64,000 nucleotides of DNA, taken from NCBI GenBank assembly GCA_026770705.1, contig JANJGN010000017.1:34596001-34660000 (forward strand), in the 5' to 3' direction. Below, piece after piece: positions 48,655 to 61,557 of the stretch (position 1 is the stretch's first letter; every line of letters starts with the position of its first letter). The stretch comes from Isurus oxyrinchus. Its lineage: Eukaryota. The notes below the pieces were generated by a model, which saw only the letters and a program-made list of their open reading frames with translations, did not search any database and was not told the origin of the DNA. Position numbers and translations under genes: made by a program.

Positions 48655-49926
48655 GGGCAGAATTTTCTGTGCCCGCTAGCGTCAGGCGTGCACAGCAGTA
48701 TGAGCAGACAATATGGTGAGAAGACCAAAAATCGGTTTTGCAACGTCATGAAACCAGTTCGCGATCGTCCACTTAGCCCGTCGATGGCAGGCCATGTTCC
48801 CCACCATTGGACATCAGGAATCTCATTGTAATGCAGCTACATATCATTGTAAGGCCTGCCCGCCGGAATTATCTCCCCCACCCCCCCAACGCTGGACCGT
48901 CCACCCACGTCGGCGTGATTGCATGCCAACATGTTTCACTAGTGCACAGAAGTGGCGTGCATCTGGTGAGCTGCACTTTGCTTGGGATTTTGATGTTTGT
49001 TTGCCTATCTTGCTTCGGGCAGTACTCAACATTTATCAGTGCCAGGCTTTGCAGGCAGCACCACAGCACTGTTAGGCGGGGGGGGCTCACGGGCAGGTCT
49101 CTACCTACCAGACCAACCATAAGGCAGGGTTGGCTTCGTACGGCTGCAGGGCTAGGTCCTGCTTGGGGAAGGGGGAACAGTGGCCTGAGGCAAGGAAAGA
49201 GGGTGAGAGGGTATCTCAGGGTTTGGGTGGGAGCACAAATTGATTGTGCAAGTAGCCTCAAGATGGTGAGGGATGAAGGGGCAGTCTCTGGAGCAGATGA
49301 GGCCAAATGGAGATGTGAGGGTGCGTGTGAAAGAGTGAGTGGTGATGTCCCCTGAGCTGGCAGTGAGTGAGCTGCCAGTGAATGTGTGATGGGCTTGAGT
49401 GTGTGAGTTTAAGACTGATGACATGGCTGCCTTACCCTGGCGGCAGGGATGAGATCATTCATCCTCTTCCTTCGTTGGATGGCCAACCTCTACTGTTCAG
49501 CATTGGCACTGATCACTACTGCCATCGCCTACCAAGGTAATGTTGCTGGCCCTCCTGCGGCCAGAGCAGGGGTAGAGGATAGTTCACTGGGCCTCAACAG
49601 CATCCAAAAGGCACTCAAGGGGCGCATCACTAAACCGGGGGCTGCAGTCTTCTTACCTTTCAAGGCCATGTCTTATTTGCAGCAATTCTGGGCTGAAAAC
49701 ACTGAATGGTGTGCGCACAGCTGTACTTTAAATGTGGCGCCCGACGTGACGAAGCGGCGAGGTGATGGCCTGGCGGGAGAATCGGAGCCCGCCCGCCTGC
49801 CATCGAAATGGTGTGTTTCCCGGGAATGCATAATTAATGCAACGGGTTTGGGATGATTCGACGTGAGAAGTCGACATTGCGGCCGGCAGGTAAAACACTT
49901 AGTGCAAATCTGGGACGATTCTGCCC
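48655..49926 (-). mobile_element. Non-autonomous Harbinger-type element (1.27 kb) with Myb/SANT exon, second copy
   Basis: ATT|GGGCAGAAT...ATTCTGCCC|ATT; minus strand MALKGKKTAAP/(R)FSDAPLECLLDAVEA...AIQRRKRMNDLIPAAR|GTAAG. Confidence 0.92.
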
Positions 49927-50568
49927 ATTGGGTGGGATTTTCATGGAGGAGGCAGGAAGGTCAAATTGGGGGAACTTGCCCACTTGGCAGACCTGTCATT
50001 TGTTTATTGCTGGGGGGGTGGGGATGGATGGAGTCAGGTCTGCCACCTCCAGAGGCAGGCCCAAGTTGACAATGGAGGTGGGCAGGTGGTCTGGCTGGAA
50101 CGCTAGAACACATACCTCGTTTACTGAGACATCAGCCCAGTTTTAACGGTGACTGTCAAGCCCTCAAACTCTCAACCCTCAACCCATTTACCAATCCCAC
50201 CACCCACTCTATATATCCCCTCCATGCCCCAGAATCAGTGACACCATTACAGGCCTATAAGAATGATACATACTTGATCATCAAGTTTTCTTGTTGATCA
50301 GAAGAATGAGAAAATCCAGAAAATAATATATTTCATTTTCTACTAAATAATTTTGCTTTTCAAAATTACCTTGGGTCTATATATCAAGAAAAGAAATTCC
50401 AAGTTTTGTGTTGTAGGGATATCTACTTTTGTTTTGCTAACTACCGGAATACTACACAACATCCTGTGTCACCTGTGTTCCTGGAAAATCTGATGGGGAA
50501 GGCTGAGGCTTAAGAACTATGCACCATTGTCAAATGACCATAGTTTCCTTTTTTGTGCTGAAGACTAT

Positions 50569-51863
50569 GGGCCAGATTTTCATGCCTCCATTTGTGTCGA
50601 AACGGAGGTGGACAGGCTTTAAAAATAATGCATGGGATTCCAGTGCCCATTCCTATCACCAGCTATTTTTAGAGGCATGGGGTAAGGGTATGGGTAGCCC
50701 GCAAGCAGCAATCCCGCCTGTGCCGACTCCATTGCAGGGTTTGGCATTTTAGACCCCATGCTATTTTCATGATGTCAGGCCTGTTTTGGCAGCCATTGTG
50801 GTTCACGGCATCTCAGAGGAGTCATAAATCATGGGGGTACTCTAGTCTGGAGGTGGAAATGTTTTGACAAGAAGTTTGTAAAGTTTTTCCAACTTCACAT
50901 GTCAAACTGTAATGGTATATGATGTGTTAAATATGAACGTATTTAAGGGCAATTTTTAGAAAAGGTAAGTGACCATTAAATTGGCCAGCGTTGTGAAAGT
51001 AGAAATGTCCTCAGATGCATTAGACTACATTATCCACTGGATAAAGTGCTTTTCTGCATTGAAAAGTGTTGAAGTTCAGATTTTACTTTGCGAATTGCAC
51101 ACTGAGCTTTCATCTTTTCATTGATTGACAGGTTAGCCTTATGCTTAGCCTTTGAACCAGTGCAAAGGATGGCCACCTGTTTCACTACTTAAAAGGCCTT
51201 AATGTATTCAACTTACGGCTAATCTGACCCAGTTGTGTAATGGAATTTCATTATGAATGCTTTGTTAAACTCCAAAACCCCACTAATGCATTGAGCTCAT
51301 CAGGGGTTGTAAATACAGCTATCAAGGAGACTGCAAACTTTGTTTTGATTGACAGCTTTATGAATAATTAATAGGATTATTTTTTCAAGTGGCATTTGAA
51401 TGCTTAATTGACAGTTTTATGAGCTGTTAAGAGTATTAAGGTTTTTTCAAGTGGAGTTTGAGTGTTTGTTTATTTTGACAGTTTAATGAACATCTCAAAG
51501 ACTTCTCAATGTTATTTCAGGGCTCATGAGCTCTGTCTATAGTGGATACTGGGTGAGTGGGTTTGAGGGATGGGGTGGCTTTGGGTGTGGGTGGGGTGGT
51601 GGGTGGGTGAGGGTGGTAAGCTGTACACTCATGTACAGAACTTGGTTGATGTCCCACAGGATTGAGATGGGCTTTCTAACCTGCCTGCCATGGCATCCAC
51701 CATTCTTTGCCCTGCTTTGGGAGGTGGCAGCACCAACTCCAGCCCGCTCCCACCACCCTGCAATGAACATAGTTTGGGTGGGCACTGTGGGCTAGGAGGT
51801 GGGGTCACAACATTGGGAAATGTCCTGGCTGTGATTCACACCTTATAAATGAAAATCCAGGCC
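50569..51863. mobile_element. Non-coding Harbinger-type non-autonomous element (1.3 kb)
   Basis: TAT|GGGCCAGATTTTCAT ... ATGAAAATCCAGGCC|TAT. Confidence 0.75.
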
Positions 51864-52251
51864 TATATATCTATTCCACCTCTTCCACTTATGTATCCCA
51901 TAGTCCAGTGGCTTGAGGAGTCATTGGGCTAGGACAAGACTGGTAAACCTATCAAAGCATCTATATGTTGAGCCCCCCTTTTCAATTCTACTAAAGTTTA
52001 TGGACAATTACTGATAAACATAAACTGTATAAGCAAATTATGTTGACAGGCCCTACGCTGTTATCCTACCAACTCTGTGTTCTTTTGCCATATTTTTCAC
52101 TTCTGTCACTAAGACTGGCTGAATAGAGGGGGCAATAATACTTGGTGCCTTCATACCAACCTATAGTCTGCCAACACACTTTGAACGTGCCAATGTTTTT
52201 TGAAGCATTTTCTACAACAATACCTTGTTTTAAAGAACCTTTGATGAATTT

Positions 52252-52420
52252 GAGAGGTAATTTTCAATTTAAGGGAGGAAAATCAACGTAATCAGATTGG
52301 CTGCCATTTACACCTCATCTATTAAATGGAAAATCAGGTGGAGTGAATAATGGATGGTCATTCCATTGTAATCAGTTTTATATGCCCGTTATACGCTAAA
52401 GCAAACATTTCTATTTCTAT
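52252..52420. mobile_element. Short palindromic MITE, degenerate
   Basis: GAGGTAATTTT start and internal similarity to 4125-4307 and 62638-62806. Confidence 0.45.
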
Positions 52421-53029
52421 TATTTGTAGGTCTTTACTTATCTCAATACTGGGTTTGGTGTGTTGGAGACTAATGATTCATGAGAAAAGGATCTGCTCCT
52501 GTTTCGGGGGCAAAATATTTGCCTACCTGGTCCCAGTTATTACTGGTTGTGGCACCATGATCCAACAAATACTGTTTTCTCTGTATGAAGGAAATTTTCT
52601 ACCAAACAGTTGAAATAAACCTGGACAGGACACCTGTGACTTTAGGTATACAAGTCATCAATGTGCTTTCGCTTTCAACCATATCTAAACAATACTTGTG
52701 GAACTGAGCATGATATTCCCCATTTCAAAAAAATCACAACATAATTTTGGAAGGCTATTTGCCCTTCTTAATTTATCTATCCAGATAGATCCTAAAGTTC
52801 CTCATTTGCAGCATTTAATTACATTTCAGGGTTTTATACTTGTCTGGTGCACTTCATATACCACAGTGGGATTTTGTCACTGCCTTATTTTGGTTGCAGT
52901 TGAAAACTCCTCAGCCATGAATCCACAGTGGCAGCTGAAACTCTCCTGGCAATCCCCCGTACCCTTAGGGAGAATCCACTGGTGAACTACCATCAATGGG
53001 AGAGCTGCAACAGGCAATCGAACAGGAAA

Positions 53030-54612
53030 AGAACTCTCCCTGATTTCAAGAACGAGACAATTGCAATTATCTTCAAAAAGGGAGATAAATGATGCTGTGA
53101 AAATTATCAAGATATTTTCCTCTTGTCCACAGCAGGGAAAATCCTGACACACATTCTCCTGAATATCCTACTTCCTGTGGCTGAGGAAAGCCACCCAAAG
53201 ACACAGTGTGGTTTTAGATCTTCCAGAGGAGCATGGTCTTTGTTGCCAGACAAATCGAAGAAAAATGTCGAGACCAAAAGCAGGAACTCTCCCTTGCATT
53301 CATTGACCTAATCAAAGCATTTGACTCAGTAAATCACAAGGCTCTGTGGATTATGCTCCAAAAATTTGGATGTCAAAGGAACTTAATCACAATCTTGTAA
53401 TTGCTTCATGATGATATGACTGCATCTGTTGAATGGGAGATCTGAAACAGACATCTTCAAAATCTGGACTGGGGTTGCACAAGGCTGTATGATAACCCCC
53501 ATACTATTTACAATCTACCTGACAATGGCTATTCACTTCATTAAAGATTAACTCTCCTCTGGTGTCAGTATTAAATACTGTCTAGATGAAAAACTCTTTA
53601 ACCTTAGTCGCTCTGTGCCAAAACTAAACTGACTACCACAGACATACATGATCTACAGTTTGTGGATGACTGCACCAGATTTGCAAACCACTTTTGAACC
53701 CTTCAATTCTGTATACAAGAGACTCGGCCTGTCCTTGAATGTTGCCAAAACAAAACTCATATATCAACCCGCACTTGGTCAGCCAAATATTCCATCTCCC
53801 TTGTATGTTGATGAGACTCTGGATTATGATTGAGCACTTCCCGCACTTTGGCAGCCACCTCTCTTAAAGGCCACCATTGACGTGGAGATCCAATGCCGAA
53901 TCAGCTGTGGCAGTTCAGCCTTCCACTGTAGTGACTGACAACAAAAACCTCCACAAGTCAACAAAAATCCTAACATTCAGAACAGTTGTCATCACTAACC
54001 TCCTGTACTACAGTGAGACCTGGGCTGTGCATAAGTGACACATAAGAGCACCAGAGAAATTCCATCAGCAATGCATCCACTGCATTCTCCGGATTTAATG
54101 GGGGGGACTGTCAAATAAATGCTAGTGTCATTCTTGAAGCGAGCTCTACAAGCATTCAGGCAAAACACCTGAAAAATGGAGTGGACACTATGTCCAGATG
54201 GCTGAAAACCATCTCCCACTCACAGGTTCTTTTCTCTCAACTGGACAATGTTCCAAGCGAATACAATGAAAATGCTTTAAAGACACTCTGAAGGTCTCCT
54301 TGAAGCATGGTGTTATTGAGCATAATGACTGGGAGGAGCTTGCTACCAATTGTTCTGAATGACTACAGCTTGTCCATCACACTGCATTCTCTTTGAGTTC
54401 CAAAGCCTTAATGATGAGGCAGAGAAGCAGCAGAAAAGGAAAGAAAAGCAAGTAAATCCTGCACTCCAGACCCCACTACCTTGTGAGATGCCCTGCCCCA
54501 AGTGCTTAAAATTTGAGGGTTGAGAATCGGCCTGATTGGTCACACAAAGACCCATGACAGAAACTTATGACCATGAGTAGCCATGATCCTCGAATTCAGG
54601 GCCAGCCGATGA
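53030..54612 (+). mobile_element. RTE-clade (BovB-like) LINE, RT to 3' end, decayed
   Basis: IFKKGDK*CCENYQDIFLLSTAGKIL..QCGFRSSRG; RQIEEKC..AFIDLIKAFDSVN; GVAQGC; LQFVDD. Confidence 0.88.
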
Positions 54613-55174
54613 TTTTGGTCACTTGCTGAAATAGCTGATAGGAATTGCACCTTTCTCAATGCAGTAAAGTTTGCAATATATATTTGTGAATATTCACATT
54701 CATCAGGCAAGGTTAACTTGCTTAACCAGTGTGATCATTCAGCATCCCACTATTTAGTAAAGCACAGCCAAATACAAAGTAACATAGATACAAGCCTAAT
54801 GGTATAAAAGGGAACTGTGTAAATTCACAAAGTAAGTTCAAAGGAAAGTTGTTATTCTCCCCTCCAAGTGATTTCTTCTCATTCATAAACTGCTCAAATG
54901 TAAGTAACAAACGTAGCAAGAGAAAATGAGGTTAATAATGTTTGTTGGCTGCTTGTTAATGCCTGGAATGTGTGTCCTGAATTTTTCGCAGACATACATT
55001 CAAGGGGAGACATTTTCAATGAGCACTTCTGCTATGGAGACATCCCAGATGGAAGCAGACTTTGGGAAATTGTCAGGGCATCCCATAATTTCTGTCCATT
55101 CATTTTAATGAATGGAAAGTAGTACGAAGAAAATTGATTATTTCCTGATGTGCAAGGATTCACACTGGGAATGT

Positions 55175-56457
55175 ACATCAACAGTGCTATTAAGCGGCAC
55201 TTGCTTAGAAATAACCTGCTGACTGACGCCCAGTTTGGGTTCTACCAGGGCCACTCAGCTCCTGACGTCAATGAACAAAAGAGCTGAACTCCCAAGGTGA
55301 GGTGAGAGTGACTTCCCTTGACATCAAGGCTGCATTTGACCGCGTGTGGTTCAAGGAGCTCCAGAAAAACTGGAGTCAATGGGAATCAGGGAGAAAACTC
55401 TTCACTGGTTGGAGTCATACCCAGCACAAAGGAAGGAGGTTGTGGTAGTTGGTTGTCAGTCATCTCAGCAACAGGACATCACTGCAGGAGTTCCTTAGGG
55501 TAATTTCCTCAGCCCAACCATCGTCAGCTGCTTCATCAATGACAGTTCTTCCATCATAAGGTCAGAAGTGGGGATGTTCGCTGATGATTGCACAATGTTC
55601 AGCACCATTTGCAACTCCTCAGATACTGAAGCAGGCCATGTCCAAAGGCAGCAAGACCTGGACAATATTTAGGCTTGGGCTGACAGGTAGCAAGTAACAT
55701 TCGCAACACACAAGTGCCAGGCAATGACCATGTTTAACAAGAATGTAACCATTGCCCCTTGACGTTGAATGGTATTACCATCATTGAATCTCCCAATATT
55801 AGCATCCTGAGGGTTACCATTGACCAAAAATTGAACTGGACTAACTATATAAATACTGTGGCTACAAGAGCAGGTCAGAGGCTAGGAATCCTATGACAAG
55901 TAGCTCACCACCCAAATCCCCAAAGCCTGTCCACCATCTACAAGGCACAAGTCAGGATTGTGATGGAGCACTCTCCATTTGCCTGGATGAGTGAAGCTCC
56001 AACAACACTCAAGAAGCTTGACATCATCCAGTCTGCTTGATTGGCACCACATCCACAAACATTCACTCCCTCCACCACCGATGCACAGTAGCAGCAGTGT
56101 ACTGTCTACAAGATGCACTGCAGGAATTCACCAAGGCTCCTTTGATAGCATCTTCCAAACCCAAGACCACTTCCATCGAAAAGGACAAGGGCAGCAGATA
56201 GATGGGAACACCACCACCTGGAAGTTCCTCTCCAAATCACTCACTATCCTGACTTGAAAATATATCACCGTTCCTTCACTGTCACTGGGTCAAAATCCTG
56301 AACTCTCTTCCTAACAGCACTGTGGGTGTACCTACACCACATGGTCTGCAGCAGTTCAAGAAGGCAGCTCACCATCACCTTCTCAAGAGCCACTAGGAAT
56401 GGACAATAAATGCTGGCCCAGCCAGCGAAGCCTATTTCCTGTGAATAAATAAAGAAA
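55175..56457 (+). mobile_element. LINE-A 5'-truncated copy
   Basis: NNLLTDAQFG, DIKAAFDRV, MFADDC and the 3' tail AATAAATAAAG. Confidence 0.92.
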
Positions 56458-56739
56458 ATGTCCCATTGTATTCTTCCATATAGAAAAAAAATTGTGTTAA
56501 TCAGTTAAAGCTGTTATTAATTTTCACACAGAGGTGATGCTGTTCAAGTCTCCGCAGAATGTGTGAAGCAAGTCATGGAATCATATAGCACAGAAGGAGA
56601 CCATTTGGCCCATTGTGCCTGTGTTGTATCTTTGAAAGGGCTTTCCAATTAGATGTACAGTTGTGCTCTTTCCCCATACGCCTGATTTCTTTTCATTTCT
56701 GTATCTGAGCACATTCTGCTATAATTGCTGATCCAATTC

Positions 56740-59470
56740 TTGGTCCCATGGTTCCAACCATCATCTGATCCAAACCGGCCGGATAGAACTAGGTTTGAAG
56801 TACATTAACAAGCAGACTAGATTTTCCAACTGGTCAAAATCTTCAAAGAAAGTGTGGCTTGTCCATACAACCACATTAGGGTTGACATTAAAGATTCTGG
56901 CATCAGTTTCAAAATGATGAAGGCCAGGACCAGGTGTTGTAATTGCCTCCCATTGAGTACTTGTCCATTTCCAGAGTGGGAAAATGCATGTTGCTGGAGT
57001 ATTTGAATGCCTAACGCAGTTTAATGGGCCATGTGCACTTAAAGTCAGCAATGAAAACAGAAGTGGAATACTGGAAAATGCACAAAGCCACCAGTGAAAG
57101 AGTTGTTGGGCCCCATGTTGGGGCAAAGAAAAGATTTGATTTGGATAGACTAATGAAGATCCTCACAGAGATCTGATCAGGGCCAGAAGAAGAAAGTGGC
57201 AAAGACCGTGAGTGCCAACTCCATGACCCCATGTACTGAAACTCAGTACCATAATATGCTTAACAACCTTGCCAAGTTAGGCACACCAGGGGAAGAGACA
57301 CAGCACTCAAAAATTCGCTGTCCTGAGCATGGCTGCCATTTATATCCAACTCCTCCCACAGTTAATATGCTGGAATTGCTTATCATCAATGCTTTGGAAA
57401 TGACAAGGAGCTTTTGACACACCAGCCTTTAACTGGAAGTGTTCCTTCACTCACGCCCTTACGTCTCTGCACCTGTAAAAACCTCAGGAGTGTAAATTCC
57501 GGCTTATCCGCCTGCCATCATCCCATTATGGTCTGTATGCTCACATTTGGGATTGGCTGCATGTCATGGCAACCAGAGAGAGATCATTCTCACTACATCT
57601 CCCATTAACACCAGAGAGATCTGCAACAGGTATAAACTCTGCCATTATCACCCTATACAAGGAGGAGCCAGGCAATAGCAGGAGTCAGGATTGGGGAGTA
57701 GGAGAGTAAGTTCCAACTGCAAGTTGTATAATATTCTGCATAACTTTCTTGCCATCAAATACATCTTGTATTACCCGTCATCAAACTAGATCATAAAAAT
57801 CCTCATTGTAGTATTCAGTTCAACTGTTTGGTATTTGAATGTTTGTCTGTTGTAGGAGTGAGAGAAAGTTGCGAAAAATACTGATGGTAGAGTTTGTTGT
57901 TCAGTATAGATACTTTCACACCAAAATTGATGAGAAGCGACACTGAGATGTCCGCGATCTCAACTGAGCGTTCCTTAAAATGACGTTGTTGCTTTTCTGC
58001 TTGTGATGGAACACAGATGCCGTACCTCACTCTCAGGAAGAGACTTCTCCACGTGTCGACTTGATGAAGTCCTCTTTTTCGACTTGCATAACTTTGCAAT
58101 CTAGTTCCACCTTAAGAATGAATTGCACTTTTCCCCTCGATCTGGACATGGTGTTTGGAATTGACAAATACTTAAACAATTTTGGCACATATTTGAAGGT
58201 AGCTGACCATGGTGGGGCATGTGCTGATGAGACTGCTGAGGTCTGTTTGCCCATGACTCTTGCAGTTGAGTTGTTTGGGCAATCTGTATCTGCAACACTG
58301 AGTCTGAGGGTGCATTTTTGTATTATCTTTCTGAATCTAACATGACAGCACCTTCCGAACCCACATCCACTACCATCTAGAAGGACAAGGGCAGCAGATA
58401 GATGGGAACACCACCACCTCCAAGTCACTCACCATTCTGACTTGGAAATATATCGCCGTCCCTTACTGTCGCTGGGCAAAATCCTGGAACTCTCGTCCTA
58501 ACAGCACTGTGGGTATATCTACACCACATGGACTGCAGCGGTTCAAGAAGGCAGCTCACCACTGCCTTCTCAAGGGCAACTAAGGATGGGCAATAAATGT
58601 TGCCCCTGCCAGCGAAGCCCACATCCCATGAATGAATTTAAAAAAAGGATTCAATTTGGATAGCCAAGGTTATGGCTTTTTCCAAGGTTAAGTCATCATC
58701 CTCTATGAGTAGGAATTCCTTAATTCACAGAATTGAAATCTTTTCAATTGGCCATGAATTGGATCATTGGTTAATGTACCAAATTTACATTTAGAAGCCA
58801 ATTGCTGCAATGCTGCCATTTTATAGGCTCACCATCTCCCTGGCATCTCTGGCAGAATCATTCGACCATCACACCCCTTTTTGCCCCAAAGTATTTTTCG
58901 AGAGCACTTACTGCCTTATCAATCATAGATGTGTCCTCTGTGAGTTGCTTGAATGTTGTCCAGCCTTCCCCTCCAAGACAATGTAAGAGTATCATCTTCT
59001 TGTAGATCGCTGCTACATCCAGACTGTCCATCCCTGTATTGAGCAAGTAGGTCTTGAACCCTAAAATCCATCAGTCCCATGGCATGGGTGGATCTCCCAA
59101 CAAAGAAAGGAGTGGTATTGCAGCCAGTATGTTTAAACCTATCTCTATCATCTTCATTGTCAGTTGTTGTATTTTTTGGCTCAGAGATATGCAGAGGTGA
59201 CGCACTCCAGGTTTTACATATGCAGGAACTTTGTTCACAATGCTTTCAAAATGTCTGCCCCCCTGCTTATAGTAGCTAGCCTCAGTTCAGTCTCCCTCTC
59301 CAAGTGACCACACCCAGGTTTAACTAATCGCACATAGAGAATAGAGAACAGACACACATAATCAAACACTGAACAACTGAACTCTACACTCATATCACTA
59401 TTCTTGCTGAAAGTCACATGAACTCTGCTCCTCAGCAACACAGTTTAACCTCTCCACACCCTCCTCTACA
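56740..59470 (-). mobile_element. Deleted Gypsy element: 5' LTR (59165-59470), gag, protease remnant, integrase tail; 3' LTR not found
   Basis: TGTAG...ACAACA LTR followed by a decayed PBS (TGACAATGAAG). The gag ORF 58858-59046 is homologous to 6400-6900; LLINFGVKVSIL (dead protease); RPVW C-terminal motif. Confidence 0.75.
58345..58647 (+). mobile_element. LINE-A 3' fragment inserted into Gypsy gag
   Basis: GACAGCACCTTCC...CATCCCATGAATGAATTTAAAAAAA. Confidence 0.9.
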
Positions 59471-59544
59471 TGTGGCAGTTGATAAAGAAACAGGCCCTTC
59501 TGCTCCAGGCCTTATCCTCACACAATACCCCCATGAATCAATCT

Positions 59545-60157
59545 TAAGATCATAAGAAATAGGAGCACAACAGGAGTCATTCAGCCCATTGAGCCTGTTC
59601 TGCTGATCAAAAAGATCATGGCTGATCTAATTGTGGCTTTAACTCCACTTTCCTACCTGTCCCTATAACCCTCAAATCCCTGGTAGATCAAAAATCTGTC
59701 TAATTCAGGCTTGAATATATTCAATGATGCAGCCTCCACTGCTCTTTGTGGAAGAGAAGTCCAAAGACAATTGACCCTCCAAGAGAAGAAATTCCTCCTC
59801 ATCTCTACCTTTTATTTTTAAGCAGTGCCCCCTAACTTTGGATTTCCCCATGAGGGGAAAAATCCTCACATCATCTACCATCAAGCCCCTTCAGAATCTT
59901 AAATGTTTCAATAAGGTCACCTTTCATTCTCCTACACTCCAATGAGCATGGGCCCAACCTGATCACCCTTTCCTCATAAGACAATCCCTTCATCCCAGGA
60001 ATCAGCACTGTGAGCCTTTTCTGAACTGCTTCCAAAGCAAATATATCCCTCATTAAGTAAGGAGATCAAAACTCTCTGCAGTACTCTAAGGTGTGGTGTC
60101 ACCAATGCCACCTACAGTTGTAGCAAGACTTCCTTACTTTTATACTTCATCCCCCGT
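59545..60157 (-). mobile_element. CR1 LINE 3' fragment
   Basis: ORF 59871-60053 ALEAVQKRLTVLIPGMKGLSYEER...GDLIETFKILKG. Confidence 0.9.
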
Positions 60158-60297
60158 GCAGAGACATTAGAGAGTAATTAATAGCTGAGTACTCAAGAAT
60201 GAAGCATAGAACATAGCAAGGCTGCCTACTTGGAGGTAGAAGACAAGGGTGAAGATGTTGCTGGTGTGGGTCTCAAGAGACATCACCCTGTGGATGA

Positions 60298-61557
60298 AAC
60301 ATAAAAACATAGAAAATTGCAGCAGGAGTAGGTCATTCGGCCCTTTGAGCCTGCTCCGCCATTCAATATAATCATTGCTGATCCTCTATCTCAACGCCAT
60401 ACCCATTGATGCCTTTAGAGTCTAGAAATCAATCTATTTCCTCCTGAAATATATTCAGTGACTTGGCTTCCACAGCCCCCTGTGGTAGAGAATTCCACCA
60501 GTTCACCACCCTCTTAGTGAAGAAGTCTCTCCTCATCTCAGTCCTAAATGGCCTGCCCCGTATCCTGAGATTGTGACCCTTTGTTCCAGACCCCCAAACC
60601 AAAGAAAACATCAGCCCTGCATCCAGTCTGTCCAAATTTTATACATTTCAATGAGATCCCCTCTCATTCTTCTAAACTCCAGTGAATACAGGCCTAGTCA
60701 GCCCAATCTCTACTCATACAACAATCTTGCCATCCCAGGAATCAATCTGGTGAACCTTAACTGCACATCCTCTATAGTAAAGAAATCCTTTCTTAGATAA
60801 GGAAACCCAAACTGCACACAATACTCCAGGTGTGGTCTCACCAAGGCCCTGTACAGCTGCAATAAGACATCCTTGCTTCTGTACTCAATTCCTCTCGCAA
60901 TGAAGGCCAACATACCATTTGCCTTCTTAACTGCTTGCTGAATCTGCATGCTTGCTTTCAGTGGGTGTACAAGGACACCCAGGTCACTTTGTACATCAAA
61001 ATTTCCCAATCTATCACCATTTAAATACTGCTCTGCCATTCTGTTTTTCCTACCAAAGTGGATAACTTCACAATTATCCACGTTATACTGCATCTGCCAT
61101 GTATTTGCCCACTCACTCAAATTATCTAAATCACCTTGAAGCTTCTAAACATCCTCCTAACCACTCACATTCCCACCTAGTTTTGTGTCCTTTGCAAACT
61201 TGGAAATATTACATTTGTTTCCCTCATCCAAATCATTGATGTATATTGTGAATAGCTGGGGCCCAAGCACTGATCCCTGTGGTACCCCACTAGTCACTGC
61301 CTGCTATTCCAAAAAAAGACCCATTTATTCCTACTCTGTTTCCTGGCTGTTAACCAATTCTCAATTCATGCCAATATAATACCCCCCAATCTCATGTGCT
61401 TTAATTTTGCACACTGACTCTTATGTGGGACTTCATCAAAAGCTTTCTGAAAATCCAAATGCACCACATCCACTGGTTCTCCCTTATCTATTCTGTTAGT
61501 TACATCCTCAAAAAACTCCTGTAGATTTGTCAAACATGATTTCCCTTTCATTAATCC
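60298..61557 (-). mobile_element. CR1 LINE RT to 3' end
   Basis: ORFs 61366-61551 (SCLTNLQEFF..LDFQKAFD), 60710-61120 (LVRPHLEYCVQF) and 60429-60635. Confidence 0.93.
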
